A stretch of 45,789 nucleotides of DNA from Lentisphaeria bacterium. GTDB lineage: Bacteria > Verrucomicrobiota > Lentisphaeria > Victivallales > Victivallaceae. The translations under genes were made by a program, and so were the position numbers. Under the pieces are notes generated by a model that searched no databases, had not been told where the DNA came from, and worked only from the letters and a program-made list of their open reading frames with translations. Below, one piece after another: positions 1 through 8,396 of the stretch (its first letter is position 1; each line of letters begins with the position of its first letter). Location of the stretch: contig JAFTDL010000352.1 of the NCBI GenBank assembly GCA_017454215.1, forward strand, positions 1 through 45,789, in the 5' to 3' direction.

Positions 1-595
1 ATTTTATGCTGAAGCCGTCCATTATCTCCTCGACCATCAGGTTGAACTGCTTCGCCAGGTATTTTTCCTCCACGGATTTGTAGTTGCCGTCAAGATACAT
101 GGGGACCCGGGAGGGCTTGGAAACGTCGGTGACCTTGCGGAAAATGTCTCCGGCCTGTCCGCCGCGCCCGGTCACCCGCTGGACGGAATAGGTCCCCTGA
201 AAGAGAGAGCCGTCCCTGAATTTGACGCCCGAATCGAATTTGCGGGTGTGCCGGGGACCGCCGGGACAGTTGAAAACCTTCGACGGGCAGTAGGCGTCAA
301 GCTGCTGATACCAGGCGATCGACTTGTAGACCAGCGTGGTGGTGGTGCCGCTGGCGAAGACCAGAAAGTCCTCGTAGTCGTTGCTGTACTGCTGTCCGGC
401 CAGCGCCAGCTGTTTCAGGTTGCTGAGACAGTTGGAGGTGCGGGCCCGGTCGCGGGCCTGCTGCAGCGCGGGCATGAGCATCGACGCCAGGATGGCGATG
501 ATGGCGATCACCACCAGAAGTTCGATCAGCGTGAAGCGGCAAAGCGTTTCGCGCGCGGAAGATGAGGCTTGAGACTGAAGTTTGCGTTTCGACAT
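1..595 (-). CDS. DUF1559/HX9DG-family pseudopilin-like protein (prepilin-type N-terminal domain); C-terminus lies outside the window
   Basis: Absent from the ORF track because it runs off the window edge. My reverse-strand translation from ATG at 595 stays open to base 1: [77 protein letters not shown]... It has the class III hydrophobic N-terminus with Glu5 and the NLKQ-LALA motif typical of DUF1559 proteins. It lies 40 nt downstream of the large GH-like gene on the same strand. Confidence 0.85.
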   Translation of the reverse strand, partial: MSKRKLQSQASSSARETLCRFTLIELLVVIAIIAILASMLMPALQQARDRARTSNCLSNLKQLALAGQQYSNDYEDFLVFASGTTTTLVYKSIAWYQQLDAYCPSKVFNCPGGPRHTRKFDSGVKFRDGSLFQGTYSVQRVTGRGGQAGDIFRKVTDVSKPSRVPMYLDGNYKSVEEKYLAKQFNLMVEEIMDGFSIK

Positions 596-635
596 GATCA
601 TTTTCCTTTCTGTGGACCGCGGGTCGCCGCGTTTT

Positions 636-3600
636 TTATTCCAATACGAGAAGTTTGAAATCGTAAGGCTCCATCTTTATCCGCGCGGGAGACTCCTCTT
701 CGCCCGTTTCGGCGTTTTTGAGCTTGTATCCGGGAGCGAGGCGCAGTTTTCCGGCGTCCGCCGCGAGGCGCAGTTCCTGCTCCCTGCCGGAGAGGTTCCC
801 CAGCACCAGCAGGACCCTTCCGGGGAAGCGCCAGGAACTGGCCAGCACGTCGGGAGAATCCACCCGGAGTGCCGCGGCGTCGGGCTCCCAGAAGGGAACG
901 AACCGGCACTCCGGCTTCCAGAAACCGAATTCGCCCGCAAGGGAAATGACGGAAAAGTAAAACCCGTCATCCGCCGCCCGTGTGACCGGGGCCTTGAACT
1001 TGGCGCCGAAAGGCAGCGACAGGGCGATCAGGGAACGGGTCAGTCTCCGGCAGACTTCGGGCCACTTCCTGTGCGGCGTTTTCCGGCGTTTGATGCCGCC
1101 CAGCACACAGCTTTCGGCGCCGACCTGAAGTCCGGTCCCGGTGGCGAGGATGTCGTCCACGGCAAAGCGGGTTGGCAGGGGCGTCTCGCCGTAATTCTTT
1201 TCCCAGCCCAGAGTGCTGGTCGCGAAACTGAAGCACGGGATCAGCAGCGCATTGGTCATGTGGACCTGAAGCAGCCGCGGATAAAGACCGCGCTTGTGCT
1301 GAAGCACCGCCACCCGTTTGACGAGATCGCGCATGGCGAGGATCCCCATGGCCGGATGCACAACGCCGTCGTCATCGGTCCGGGCCATCGTCTCGGGATT
1401 GGGATCGGGCATCAGATACATGTCGTCCAGATAGATGCCGTGGGCGCCGTTGGCAAGCTCCAGATCCAGACAGTGGACCATGTAATCCACGGCCGAGGGA
1501 GTCAGCGAGATCCTCCGGGCCCCGAAGTAACTCTGCGGAGCCGGATTGTACCACTCGGCCCGGAAATACTCGGGGATATCCTCGAACATCCAGGTGAGTT
1601 TCGGATCGCTGTACTTGTAGGGCAGCGACGGACGCCGCGCCGGATCCTGAAGCTGGGAACGGCGGAAATTGATCCGGACCTTGCGGTAATGCTCCGGGTA
1701 GTTCCCCGCGTTGGGCACCCGCTTCATCTCGGCGCGCATCTGCGGTTCGTAACGGAGGAGCCACCGGTCCAGTTCTTCGGCCATGTCGTCCTTTCCGCCG
1801 TTGCGCACCGCCCGGCAGGCCGCGCGGAAAAGCGAATAATCCCCGGCAAAAGCCTCATGATTCCACAGGGAAAACCCCATCAGCTGCCGGCCGATGAAAG
1901 TGAAGTTCTTCATGGTCCGCGCGCCGATGCCCCGGCTGTCGTGGGTGTACCGGCGCATTTCCGGATCGGCCCGCTTCACCGGCGTCGGCATCAGCCCGAA
2001 AGAAAACCTGCGGGAGTTTTTGACTGTCACGGGAACATTGACGATGTCCCATTCCACGGTCAGCACGCCGTTCCTGCGGATCAGACGCACGGCGCTCTTT
2101 TTGCGGCTCAGGGCGTATCCGAAGGTGCTTTCCATGAAAACGGCCGCTCCCCGCGAAGTGCCGCCCAGCCAGAGGTAGGGCACCGCCTGCGGATGAAGCG
2201 TCTCCTGTCCGGCGACGAGCCGCCGGGGCAGCTTGGAGCCGTCCCAGACAATGCCCTCGCCCGCAGGGATCTTCCCCGAAGGATTCTCGCGGATGAAATT
2301 GGAAACGGCGTGAAAGAGCGGCACTTCCGCGTCGCGCAGAGGGATCTGCAGCGTCAGCCGTTCGAGCCGGGCTTCCGGAGAGCCCGAGAGGGTCATGTCC
2401 AGATACTGAAATCCGTCGTACTCGACCCGGGACGTGCCCGAGAGCATGAATTTGTCTCCGATCTTCGTGCGGAAGCGGTGGTTCAGCGCATAGCCCGCGT
2501 CTTCCGCCGCCGGGGAAGAGAGTTCTCCGGCCGCGGCATGGCTCACCACTCCGTCAATGACCGCCTCCCAGCGCATCGGAGCGGCCAGCATGGAGACCCC
2601 CTCCGCCTTGAAATCACGCCATAAGCCGGAGGGACCGAGCTCGATCCGGCTGTGGGCGAGTTCAAGCACGTTCCCCTTGGCCGCGAGGGGTTTGAAGGGC
2701 GGCAGGATGATCCTGTCCCTGCCCAGATCTCCGTGCAGCCACGGCAAGTTTTTCTTTTCGAGCCGGAACACGTTCTCATGGCGCTGCGATCCGATCCTGA
2801 GCGCATAGGAGTAACTTCCGGGAGCCGCGGGCACCGGGAAGGAGAAGCGCAGCAGATCCTTCTCGGGCTTTCCCGCGATCTCTCTGCCGTCGGGCAGGAT
2901 CAGAGATACGCCGGACGCCGTTCCCCCGGCCGGACGGAAATGCATCGTCGCCTTGTCCAGACCGGGATAGTAACGGCACGCTCCGCCGCCCTTGCCCTTC
3001 AGCCGAAATTCCACGCTGACGGGATGGCGGTCCGAATTGCCCATGGCGCCGGAGAAGGAGCGCGAACCGTGGATCTTGCCGTTTCCGGGGTCGAAAAGGA
3101 CCGCGCAGAAGTGATAACGCGCCGCTCCCGGGGCCTGAAAAACGGCGGAGAGGGCACCGCTCTTTCCGGCGGGGATGCGGATCTCCTTCAGAACATCCTG
3201 ATGCACGGTCTTCTTTTTGTCCGCAAAGGTGAAGTGCCGCAGCAGAACGGCGAGACACAGTTCGGTATGCGCCGGATTGTCCGCCGCGAGCGCGATGTTC
3301 CATTCGCCTCTGCCCACGCCGCCGGGATCCTTCTGGCGCAGGATGCCGCATCCGCGGTCCCAGCGGACCGTGATCATGCGCTTGACGTCGAAGTACTTGC
3401 CCGGATTGAGCAGCGAGGGACCGTCCTTGCTCCAGTTTCTGCCCACGTTGAGTTTCAGATACTTCTGCGGGGCGCCCGTTTCTTCGAGCGGCAGGGCCAT
3501 TTCGAGATCCCAGAAGCCCTTGTCCACCCGGGAGCGGCACTTGAGAGCGCGGAGATCCCACGCCGTGTCGGCGCCCGTTTCGGGGGCGACCCGGCAGATC

Positions 3601-4094
3601 CGGTCGAAGACCGTGTCGCGGGAGTTGACGATCCAGTGATACATCTTGCCCGGCTCCCGGTCGGAGATCAGCATGAACTCGAGAGAATCGTCCTGATGGA
3701 CGCCGCCGTCGCGGACCGTGACGTTTGCGGTCAGACTGCCGCCGGGGTCGTTGTTGGGCGTCGTCGTGCGCACGGCGAAATAGAGGCGGGTCTTGTCGCG
3801 CATGAGCCGCACGAACCCCGTGCCGCCGGTGTAAAAGCTGCCGTCGGGACGCGAGAATCCCGCAAATTCCGCGGCGTTTTTCCACTCTTCCGGATCGATG
3901 ACGCCGTCGATCGCGGGGGCTTTTCTTATCTCCGGGATATTGATCCGCGCGTTGCCCGGCCACTGCCGCGCCAGCAGTTCCGCCGCGGATTTGCCCGCTC
4001 CGGCGGCCGCGACGCCGCCGCAGGCAAGACACGCAAGACCGATGAGAATTCTCCGCACCGGCACCGCATCCATTGCTTTTTTCACCGCTGTCAT
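636..4094 (-). CDS. Secreted multidomain glycoside-hydrolase-like protein with a CBM9/DOMON-like module (1152 aa)
   Basis: ORF 636..4451 trimmed to ATG 4094 ([27 protein letters not shown], signal-peptide-like). An AAGGGGGAA Shine-Dalgarno lies just upstream, and the longer N-terminus would overlap the GntR gene. CBM9-like motifs: [43 protein letters not shown]. The C-terminal half ([25 protein letters not shown]) resembles DUF6067/GH123-like hydrolase domains from memory; the family is unverified. Confidence 0.75.
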   Translation of the reverse strand: MTAVKKAMDAVPVRRILIGLACLACGGVAAAGAGKSAAELLARQWPGNARINIPEIRKAPAIDGVIDPEEWKNAAEFAGFSRPDGSFYTGGTGFVRLMRDKTRLYFAVRTTTPNNDPGGSLTANVTVRDGGVHQDDSLEFMLISDREPGKMYHWIVNSRDTVFDRICRVAPETGADTAWDLRALKCRSRVDKGFWDLEMALPLEETGAPQKYLKLNVGRNWSKDGPSLLNPGKYFDVKRMITVRWDRGCGILRQKDPGGVGRGEWNIALAADNPAHTELCLAVLLRHFTFADKKKTVHQDVLKEIRIPAGKSGALSAVFQAPGAARYHFCAVLFDPGNGKIHGSRSFSGAMGNSDRHPVSVEFRLKGKGGGACRYYPGLDKATMHFRPAGGTASGVSLILPDGREIAGKPEKDLLRFSFPVPAAPGSYSYALRIGSQRHENVFRLEKKNLPWLHGDLGRDRIILPPFKPLAAKGNVLELAHSRIELGPSGLWRDFKAEGVSMLAAPMRWEAVIDGVVSHAAAGELSSPAAEDAGYALNHRFRTKIGDKFMLSGTSRVEYDGFQYLDMTLSGSPEARLERLTLQIPLRDAEVPLFHAVSNFIRENPSGKIPAGEGIVWDGSKLPRRLVAGQETLHPQAVPYLWLGGTSRGAAVFMESTFGYALSRKKSAVRLIRRNGVLTVEWDIVNVPVTVKNSRRFSFGLMPTPVKRADPEMRRYTHDSRGIGARTMKNFTFIGRQLMGFSLWNHEAFAGDYSLFRAACRAVRNGGKDDMAEELDRWLLRYEPQMRAEMKRVPNAGNYPEHYRKVRINFRRSQLQDPARRPSLPYKYSDPKLTWMFEDIPEYFRAEWYNPAPQSYFGARRISLTPSAVDYMVHCLDLELANGAHGIYLDDMYLMPDPNPETMARTDDDGVVHPAMGILAMRDLVKRVAVLQHKRGLYPRLLQVHMTNALLIPCFSFATSTLGWEKNYGETPLPTRFAVDDILATGTGLQVGAESCVLGGIKRRKTPHRKWPEVCRRLTRSLIALSLPFGAKFKAPVTRAADDGFYFSVISLAGEFGFWKPECRFVPFWEPDAAALRVDSPDVLASSWRFPGRVLLVLGNLSGREQELRLAADAGKLRLAPGYKLKNAETGEEESPARIKMEPYDFKLLVLE

Positions 4095-4116
4095 GACGTT
4101 CCCCCTTGCGAAATAT

Positions 4117-5109
4117 TTACAGGCAATGAAGTTTTTGAAGGAGTTCCGCCATGATCCGGCGGTACTCCTCCGGCGTCGGGCCGGGAAGTTCCAGATCGGC
4201 GAGTCCCGGCGGAAGCGCGACGGACCAGCCGGTGTTGACGACCACCTCCGGACGCGGGGATCCCGGATGCTCTTCCGCGAATTTCCGATAGCCGAGACAC
4301 TGTTCCCCGCAGAAAAACAGCAGTTCCGGCACTTCCGCGGGCGGCGTGAGGAGGCGGCTGATCTCGGGATACCCGTCCTCGCGGGCGAAAACGGTCTCCG
4401 CCCGGGATCCCGGCGCATTCCGCTCGAAGAACTCCGCATATATTTCGGCAAACCTGCGGTCGGAGTAAGAGGTATGAGGTCCCGCGATCACGGCGATCCG
4501 CCGGAAACTCCTGTTTTTCAGGAACCGGAGAAGACTTTTGCGGTTTTCCCGCCAGATCGAAATGGCGCCCGCCGCCGGATGCTTTTCGGAAACGGCGTAT
4601 TCCCCCAGCACGACGTAGGGCAGATTTCCACGGGCGAACCCGGTCAGCAGACTGTCGGCGATCCCTCTTCCGGTGAGAATGATCCCGTCGAGGTCGGCGG
4701 CGTTTTTCAGCAGTTCCTCCGCCGGAACGTCGCTTTCGAAGTTGTCGAAGGGGATCAGCTGATATCCGAAATACAGCGCCGCCGTGTACAGGGGATGATC
4801 CAGAACGGAGCGCAGCGGATTGATGTCGTTTCTCAGGTATCCTATGCGGTGAAACCGGCTCGGCTGGAATCCGTCCGCCAGAAAATATCCCCGGCGCGCG
4901 GAACTTGCGAGCACGCCCTGTTTGACCAGCTGACCCAGCGCGTACAGCACGATCTGCCGTCCCACGCCGAAGCGTTCGGCCAGCTGTCTCACGCTTTCGA
5001 GTTTCTCTCCCGGCCGCCAGCGTCCGGCGTAGATCTCTCCCCGCAGATAGCGTATGAGAGAACTGCTCGAAAAGGGTTTCCCCGTCTTTTTCTTCTCCGT
5101 CCTTCGCAT
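4117..5109 (-). CDS. GntR-family transcriptional regulator with a LacI/PBP1-like sugar-binding domain
   Basis: N-terminal winged HTH: LESVRQLAERFGVGRQIVLYALGQLVKQGVL. This is followed by a periplasmic-binding-protein-like effector domain. Start set at ATG 5109 (MRRTEKKK) with GGAGG 13 nt upstream, because the predicted promoter lies downstream of the alternative ATG at 5175. Confidence 0.8.
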   Translation of the reverse strand: MRRTEKKKTGKPFSSSSLIRYLRGEIYAGRWRPGEKLESVRQLAERFGVGRQIVLYALGQLVKQGVLASSARRGYFLADGFQPSRFHRIGYLRNDINPLRSVLDHPLYTAALYFGYQLIPFDNFESDVPAEELLKNAADLDGIILTGRGIADSLLTGFARGNLPYVVLGEYAVSEKHPAAGAISIWRENRKSLLRFLKNRSFRRIAVIAGPHTSYSDRRFAEIYAEFFERNAPGSRAETVFAREDGYPEISRLLTPPAEVPELLFFCGEQCLGYRKFAEEHPGSPRPEVVVNTGWSVALPPGLADLELPGPTPEEYRRIMAELLQKLHCL

Positions 5110-5154
5110 TTTTCCGTCCGCCTCCGAACCCGGACACCGCGTCCCTGAGTATGT

Positions 5155-5196
5155 AATATAACACCGGTCTGACATATTTCAAATGAAATCTGACAT
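5155..5196 (-). promoter_or_regulatory. Putative promoter of the GntR operon with an embedded repeat/palindrome operator candidate
   Basis: On the minus strand: TTGAAA (5182-5177), 16-nt spacer, TATATT (5160-5155). On the plus strand the region reads TCTGACAT-ATTTCAAATGAAAT-CTGACAT. This is two TCTGACAT copies 21 bp apart (5168-5175, 5189-5196) flanking the palindrome ATTTCA-AA-TGAAAT, which covers the -35. Confidence 0.4.
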
Positions 5197-5266
5197 TTTT
5201 TCGCCGAAACGCCGGGTGTTTTGAGGATGGAAGATATGGAGCCGTTTCAACGGGATTCCGTAAATA

Positions 5267-6256
5267 TTGCAAGACGGGACATTTCCGGAATTGACTTTTC
5301 CCGGAAGGAGGGGTATATTCACCCTATGTGCAAGGCAAATCGGCCGGCTTATCGTGGAGGATGAGCAAAACGGAGAAGCCCGCGCCGAATACGGCAAGAA
5401 AGTTCTGGACGAGTTGGCAAAGCGGCTGACCGCGGAGTTCGGGAAAGGCTTTGATGCCAGCAATCTTCGCTATATGAGGCTCTTTTACAAAGCATTCCCG
5501 AATTGTGACACACTGCGTCACGAATTGAGTTGGTCTCACTACCGCCTTCTGCTCCGGGTGGATAATCCGGCTGCCCGCGATTGGTATATGAATGAAGCTG
5601 TTGCCGAAAATTGGTCAAGCCGACAACTTGAACGGCAGATTTCCGTATTATACTACGACCGAATGCTGCTTTCCGCGGATAAGCAATCCACCAAGTCGGA
5701 TGCCGATGAAAACATGGCTCTTGCCAAGTTGGAACCGGAAAGTTTCATCCGCAATCCCTATGTGCTGGAGTTCCTCAATTTGAAAGATTATCCCAACCTT
5801 CACGAAAAGGACATTGAACAGGGTCTCATCAACAATCTTCAGACCTTTCTGCTGGAACTCGGCAAAGGGTTCTGTTTTGTCGCCCGGCAGAAACGTATCC
5901 GCTTTGAAGACCAGGATTTTTATATAGACCTTGTTTTCTACAACTGCATTTTGAAATGCTATGTTTTGATAGACCTGAAACTCGGAGAACTCACTTATCA
6001 AGACATCGGACAGATGGACGGCTATATCCGCTTGTATGAGGAACAATACCGCAAAGAAGACGACAACCCAACTCTGGGCATTGTCTTATGCTCCAAACGC
6101 AACGAGGCAATCGTCAAATACTCCGTTCTTCACGAGAGCAAACAACTTTTCGCCTCCAAATATCTGCTCTATCTTCCCAGCGAAGATGAATTGAAAAAGG
6201 AAATCGAGCGGGAAAGAAAACTACTGGACGCAAAGGAGCTCGACGGCCATGCCTGA
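5267..6256 (+). CDS. DUF1016/YhcG-family PDDEXK nuclease, apparently 5-prime truncated (possible pseudogene)
   Basis: Matches the YhcG family as I remember it: RAEYGKKVLDELAKRLTAEFGKGF..NLRYMRLFY, WSHYRLLL, GKGFCFVARQKRI, and a PDDEXK core FYIDLVFYN...VLIDLKLGE. Homology begins at QIGRLIV, roughly 40 residues into the family N-domain. The only upstream in-frame start is a TTG at 5267 without a Shine-Dalgarno. GC content is visibly lower than in the flanks. Confidence 0.7.
   Translation: MQDGTFPELTFPGRRGIFTLCARQIGRLIVEDEQNGEARAEYGKKVLDELAKRLTAEFGKGFDASNLRYMRLFYKAFPNCDTLRHELSWSHYRLLLRVDNPAARDWYMNEAVAENWSSRQLERQISVLYYDRMLLSADKQSTKSDADENMALAKLEPESFIRNPYVLEFLNLKDYPNLHEKDIEQGLINNLQTFLLELGKGFCFVARQKRIRFEDQDFYIDLVFYNCILKCYVLIDLKLGELTYQDIGQMDGYIRLYEEQYRKEDDNPTLGIVLCSKRNEAIVKYSVLHESKQLFASKYLLYLPSEDELKKEIERERKLLDAKELDGHA
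5291..5319 (+). promoter_or_regulatory. Sigma70-like promoter inside the 5-prime end of the DUF1016 ORF
   Basis: TTGACT (5291-5296), 17-nt spacer, TATATT (5314-5319). It sits just before the point where family homology starts. Confidence 0.4.
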
Positions 6257-6273
6257 TTTAGTAAAAGTCAACT

Positions 6274-6666
6274 ATGCCCGGACCGGCGTTGAAGTCAAAA
6301 AGTTCGGATGCAAGGATTCAAGCGATTGCCGACCTTTACAAAATAGGATATTGCACCGAACCCGTGGAAGAGCGTATTGCAAATGCGGAACAGGAACCGA
6401 CTTATCTGATGGCTCCCGTTGAAATAGTTGACACCTTCCGTTGTTTTAATCTCAATCCGGAAAAAATGGAGTCGCTGCTGCACAATTTCTTTGGCAAAAC
6501 CTGTCTGAATATCGACATCTTTGACAACAAGGGGATAAGACACTCCCCGAGAGAATGGTTCATCGTGCCATACCCGATCGTGCGTCAGGCAATACTTTTC
6601 GTTTTGGACGGGGAGATTCAAAATTTCCGTTATGACGCGGATAAGCAGGAAATTGTCGCGAAATAG
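6274..6666 (+). CDS. T5orf172/GIY-YIG-like domain protein, C-terminal fragment (likely gene remnant)
   Basis: The sequence IQAIADLYKIGYCTEPVEERIANAEQEPTYLMAPVEIVDTFRCFNLNPEKMESLLHNFFGKTCLNIDIFDNKGIRHSPREWFIVPYPIVRQAILFVLDGEIQNFRYD matches the T5orf172 (MUG113-like) family as I recall it. The leading GxxYVL strand and the whole N-terminal domain of full-length members are missing. There is an in-frame stop 4 codons upstream of the ATG. The region is low in GC. Confidence 0.65.
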   Translation: MPGPALKSKSSDARIQAIADLYKIGYCTEPVEERIANAEQEPTYLMAPVEIVDTFRCFNLNPEKMESLLHNFFGKTCLNIDIFDNKGIRHSPREWFIVPYPIVRQAILFVLDGEIQNFRYDADKQEIVAK

Positions 6667-6686
6667 CCGTTTCCGGCCGTTCCCCG

Positions 6687-6719
6687 GGAGTGATCTCTTC
6701 CCCGCCGGAGATCACTTCC
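6687..6719. terminator. Hairpin between convergent genes (possible bidirectional terminator)
   Basis: GGAGTGATCTC (6687-6697), 9-nt loop, GGAGATCACTTCC (6707-6719), giving about 10 bp of pairing. It overlaps the stop codon of the SGNH gene. No strong U-tract is present. Confidence 0.35.
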
Positions 6720-8031
6720 GGCTTTCTTTCAGAAACCGGAGGGTCTTGAGGGCGACGTAATCGTGGCCGCGGTCGGTGAGGTGGACACCGTCCTGAGGAC
6801 GGGTCAGGGCGGCCTTGTCGGGCATGGCCTTCATTTCGGTGTAGAGGTCCAGATATTCGAGGCCGTTCTCCCGGGCGAGGGTCTGCAGGACCCGGTTGAA
6901 AGCTTCCATATGGACGGGATCGCCGAAGCGGTTGTGGACACGGGCGGTCTTTTCCGCGATCTTTTTACAGACGTCGAAGTTGGAGGAGGTCGAAGAGAAG
7001 AGGATGATGCGTCCGATCCCCTTCTGCCGGAGTTCGGAGATCAGCTGCGTGTAGAGTTCCTTCTGCTTTGCCGGGACCATCAGGGGCACTTTGTACTGAT
7101 TCGCGCTGGAGGCTTTGGTGTCGTTGTGCCCCAGAAAGACGACGGCCCAGTCGTACTTGCGGGCCCAGAGGTCGTGATGGCGGTTTTCTCCGGGCCGGAA
7201 GCCCTTGCCGTGGAGCCGCATGAGGACGCGCTGAATATAATCGCCGCCGCAGGCGTAATTCCAGATCTTCACCTTGCCGGGGTTGTATTTGTTGAGAAAA
7301 TACCCGACCTTGTCCGCGTGGTTGCGGCCCAGATCGAAGAAGGTCAGCGAATCGCCGAGATAGAGGATGCTGACGGGCTTGTCGATCTTTATATCCTTTG
7401 CGGCGGCGTCGAAGGGCGCGGGGTCTCCCCTGTCGACGAAGGCGCGGGCCGTCGCGCCGGACAGGGGGTGAAAGGCGTCGGCCCCCTTTACGCGGATGTC
7501 GGCCCCGGGAACTTCCTTTTCGTTGCGGTAGAGTTTGAACACGAAAGGCTCCGGCTTCCCGGAAACGAGCTGGTACGGGGGAACCGCCTCGAGACGGTAC
7601 GCGGGGTCGCACAGACGGACCGCTTCGGCTTTGCGGTAACTGCCCGCGCCCTGAATGACGAGCGCGACGCTCCGGGCCCGCACCGGCAGTTCGACCGTAA
7701 AATCGCCCTTGCCGGAGAGTTCCCCGCTTGTCATCCGCAGGGCCTTTTGGCCCTTCTCCCCGGGATAGACGATGAAGCCGAGCCGGTAGGAGCCGGGGTC
7801 GGTCTTTTCGATGGAGAAACGGATCTTCGCGCCGAAGGGACAGACCTTGGGAACGGTGCGGAAATACGGCTTGTCATCCGGCAGGAGCAGGGTCCTGTTT
7901 TTCGTTTCGGCGTATTTCGAGGTGTTCACGATCCGCCACGCCGGACGGGTGAAGCTGTCCGTGTAAAGTTTCTCGTCGGCGGACGCGGTCAGGACCGCCG
8001 ACACGACTGCGAAAAAGAGAAATTTTTTCAT
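6712..8031 (-). CDS. Secreted SGNH/GDSL-family hydrolase (esterase) with an N-terminal beta-rich domain
   Basis: Start at ATG 8031 (MKKFLFFAVVSAVLTASA, signal peptide; GGAGGA Shine-Dalgarno). SGNH blocks: I LYLGDSLT, II NYACGGD, III FLGHNDT, V DGVHLTDRGH. Confidence 0.85.
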   Translation of the reverse strand: MKKFLFFAVVSAVLTASADEKLYTDSFTRPAWRIVNTSKYAETKNRTLLLPDDKPYFRTVPKVCPFGAKIRFSIEKTDPGSYRLGFIVYPGEKGQKALRMTSGELSGKGDFTVELPVRARSVALVIQGAGSYRKAEAVRLCDPAYRLEAVPPYQLVSGKPEPFVFKLYRNEKEVPGADIRVKGADAFHPLSGATARAFVDRGDPAPFDAAAKDIKIDKPVSILYLGDSLTFFDLGRNHADKVGYFLNKYNPGKVKIWNYACGGDYIQRVLMRLHGKGFRPGENRHHDLWARKYDWAVVFLGHNDTKASSANQYKVPLMVPAKQKELYTQLISELRQKGIGRIILFSSTSSNFDVCKKIAEKTARVHNRFGDPVHMEAFNRVLQTLARENGLEYLDLYTEMKAMPDKAALTRPQDGVHLTDRGHDYVALKTLRFLKESRK

Positions 8032-8054
8032 GTTTTCGTCCTCCGGGATCGAAG

Positions 8055-8083
8055 AAAATATCACCGACTGCGGACATTGTCAA
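8055..8083 (-). promoter_or_regulatory. Sigma70-like promoter for the SGNH hydrolase gene
   Basis: Minus strand: TTGACA (8083-8078), 17-nt spacer, TATTTT (8060-8055). It lies about 25 nt upstream of ATG 8031. Confidence 0.5.
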
Positions 8084-8269
8084 GCAAAAAAAGCGTCCGA
8101 TCAGTATTTTTCAGCCGTTTTTCCCGACGGCGCCGTCCCGTGAGGCCGGAAATCTGCGGAAAACACCGTTTCACGGCACGGCGGCCGACGTCACCGTGCT
8201 TCCCCGGATCGGTCATAGGGGCGGAACGGACGTCTGACGGCCGGGCAGCCGATCTCAAAATTGATATTT

Positions 8270-8326
8270 TTTGCAAACATATTGATATCCCCGGGATTTG
8301 CAAAAAACATTCCCCTGTCTTAAATT
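8270..8326 (+). promoter_or_regulatory. Bipartite TTTGCAAA-N19-TTTGCAAA element fused to the promoter of the pseudopilin/GH operon
   Basis: The palindromic octamer TTTGCAAA occurs at 8270-8277 and 8297-8304. The 19-nt spacer contains TTGATAT. The second octamer supplies -35 TTGCAA (8298-8303), followed by a 17-nt spacer and TAAATT (8321-8326). The same architecture is found at 15549-15605 on the minus strand. Confidence 0.5.
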
Positions 8327-8396
8327 AGTATTGCGCAAGGGCAAATACATTCAGAACAACCGGATCGAGAAACATGAACAGAAGGGGGATGTGTCG

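Noticed and set aside
582-4154. Long plus-strand ORFs 582..2624 (680 aa) and 2652..4154 (500 aa).
   Set aside because: They are antisense to the CBM9/GH-like gene. Their translations are Arg/Gly/Pro/Ala-rich and low in complexity with no recognisable motifs, which is typical of shadow ORFs in GC-rich DNA. The minus-strand product has clear domain signatures.
4095-4451. N-terminal 119-codon extension of ORF 636..4451.
   Set aside because: It would overlap the GntR gene and reads as an Arg/Ser-rich non-protein-like sequence. The internal ATG at 4094 has a strong Shine-Dalgarno and begins a signal peptide.
5326-5364. Mini-ORF MCKANRPAYRGG starting right after the 5291-5319 promoter.
   Set aside because: It is out of frame with the DUF1016 homology, has no Shine-Dalgarno and is only 12 codons long. 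It is most likely a coincidence of the truncation junction.
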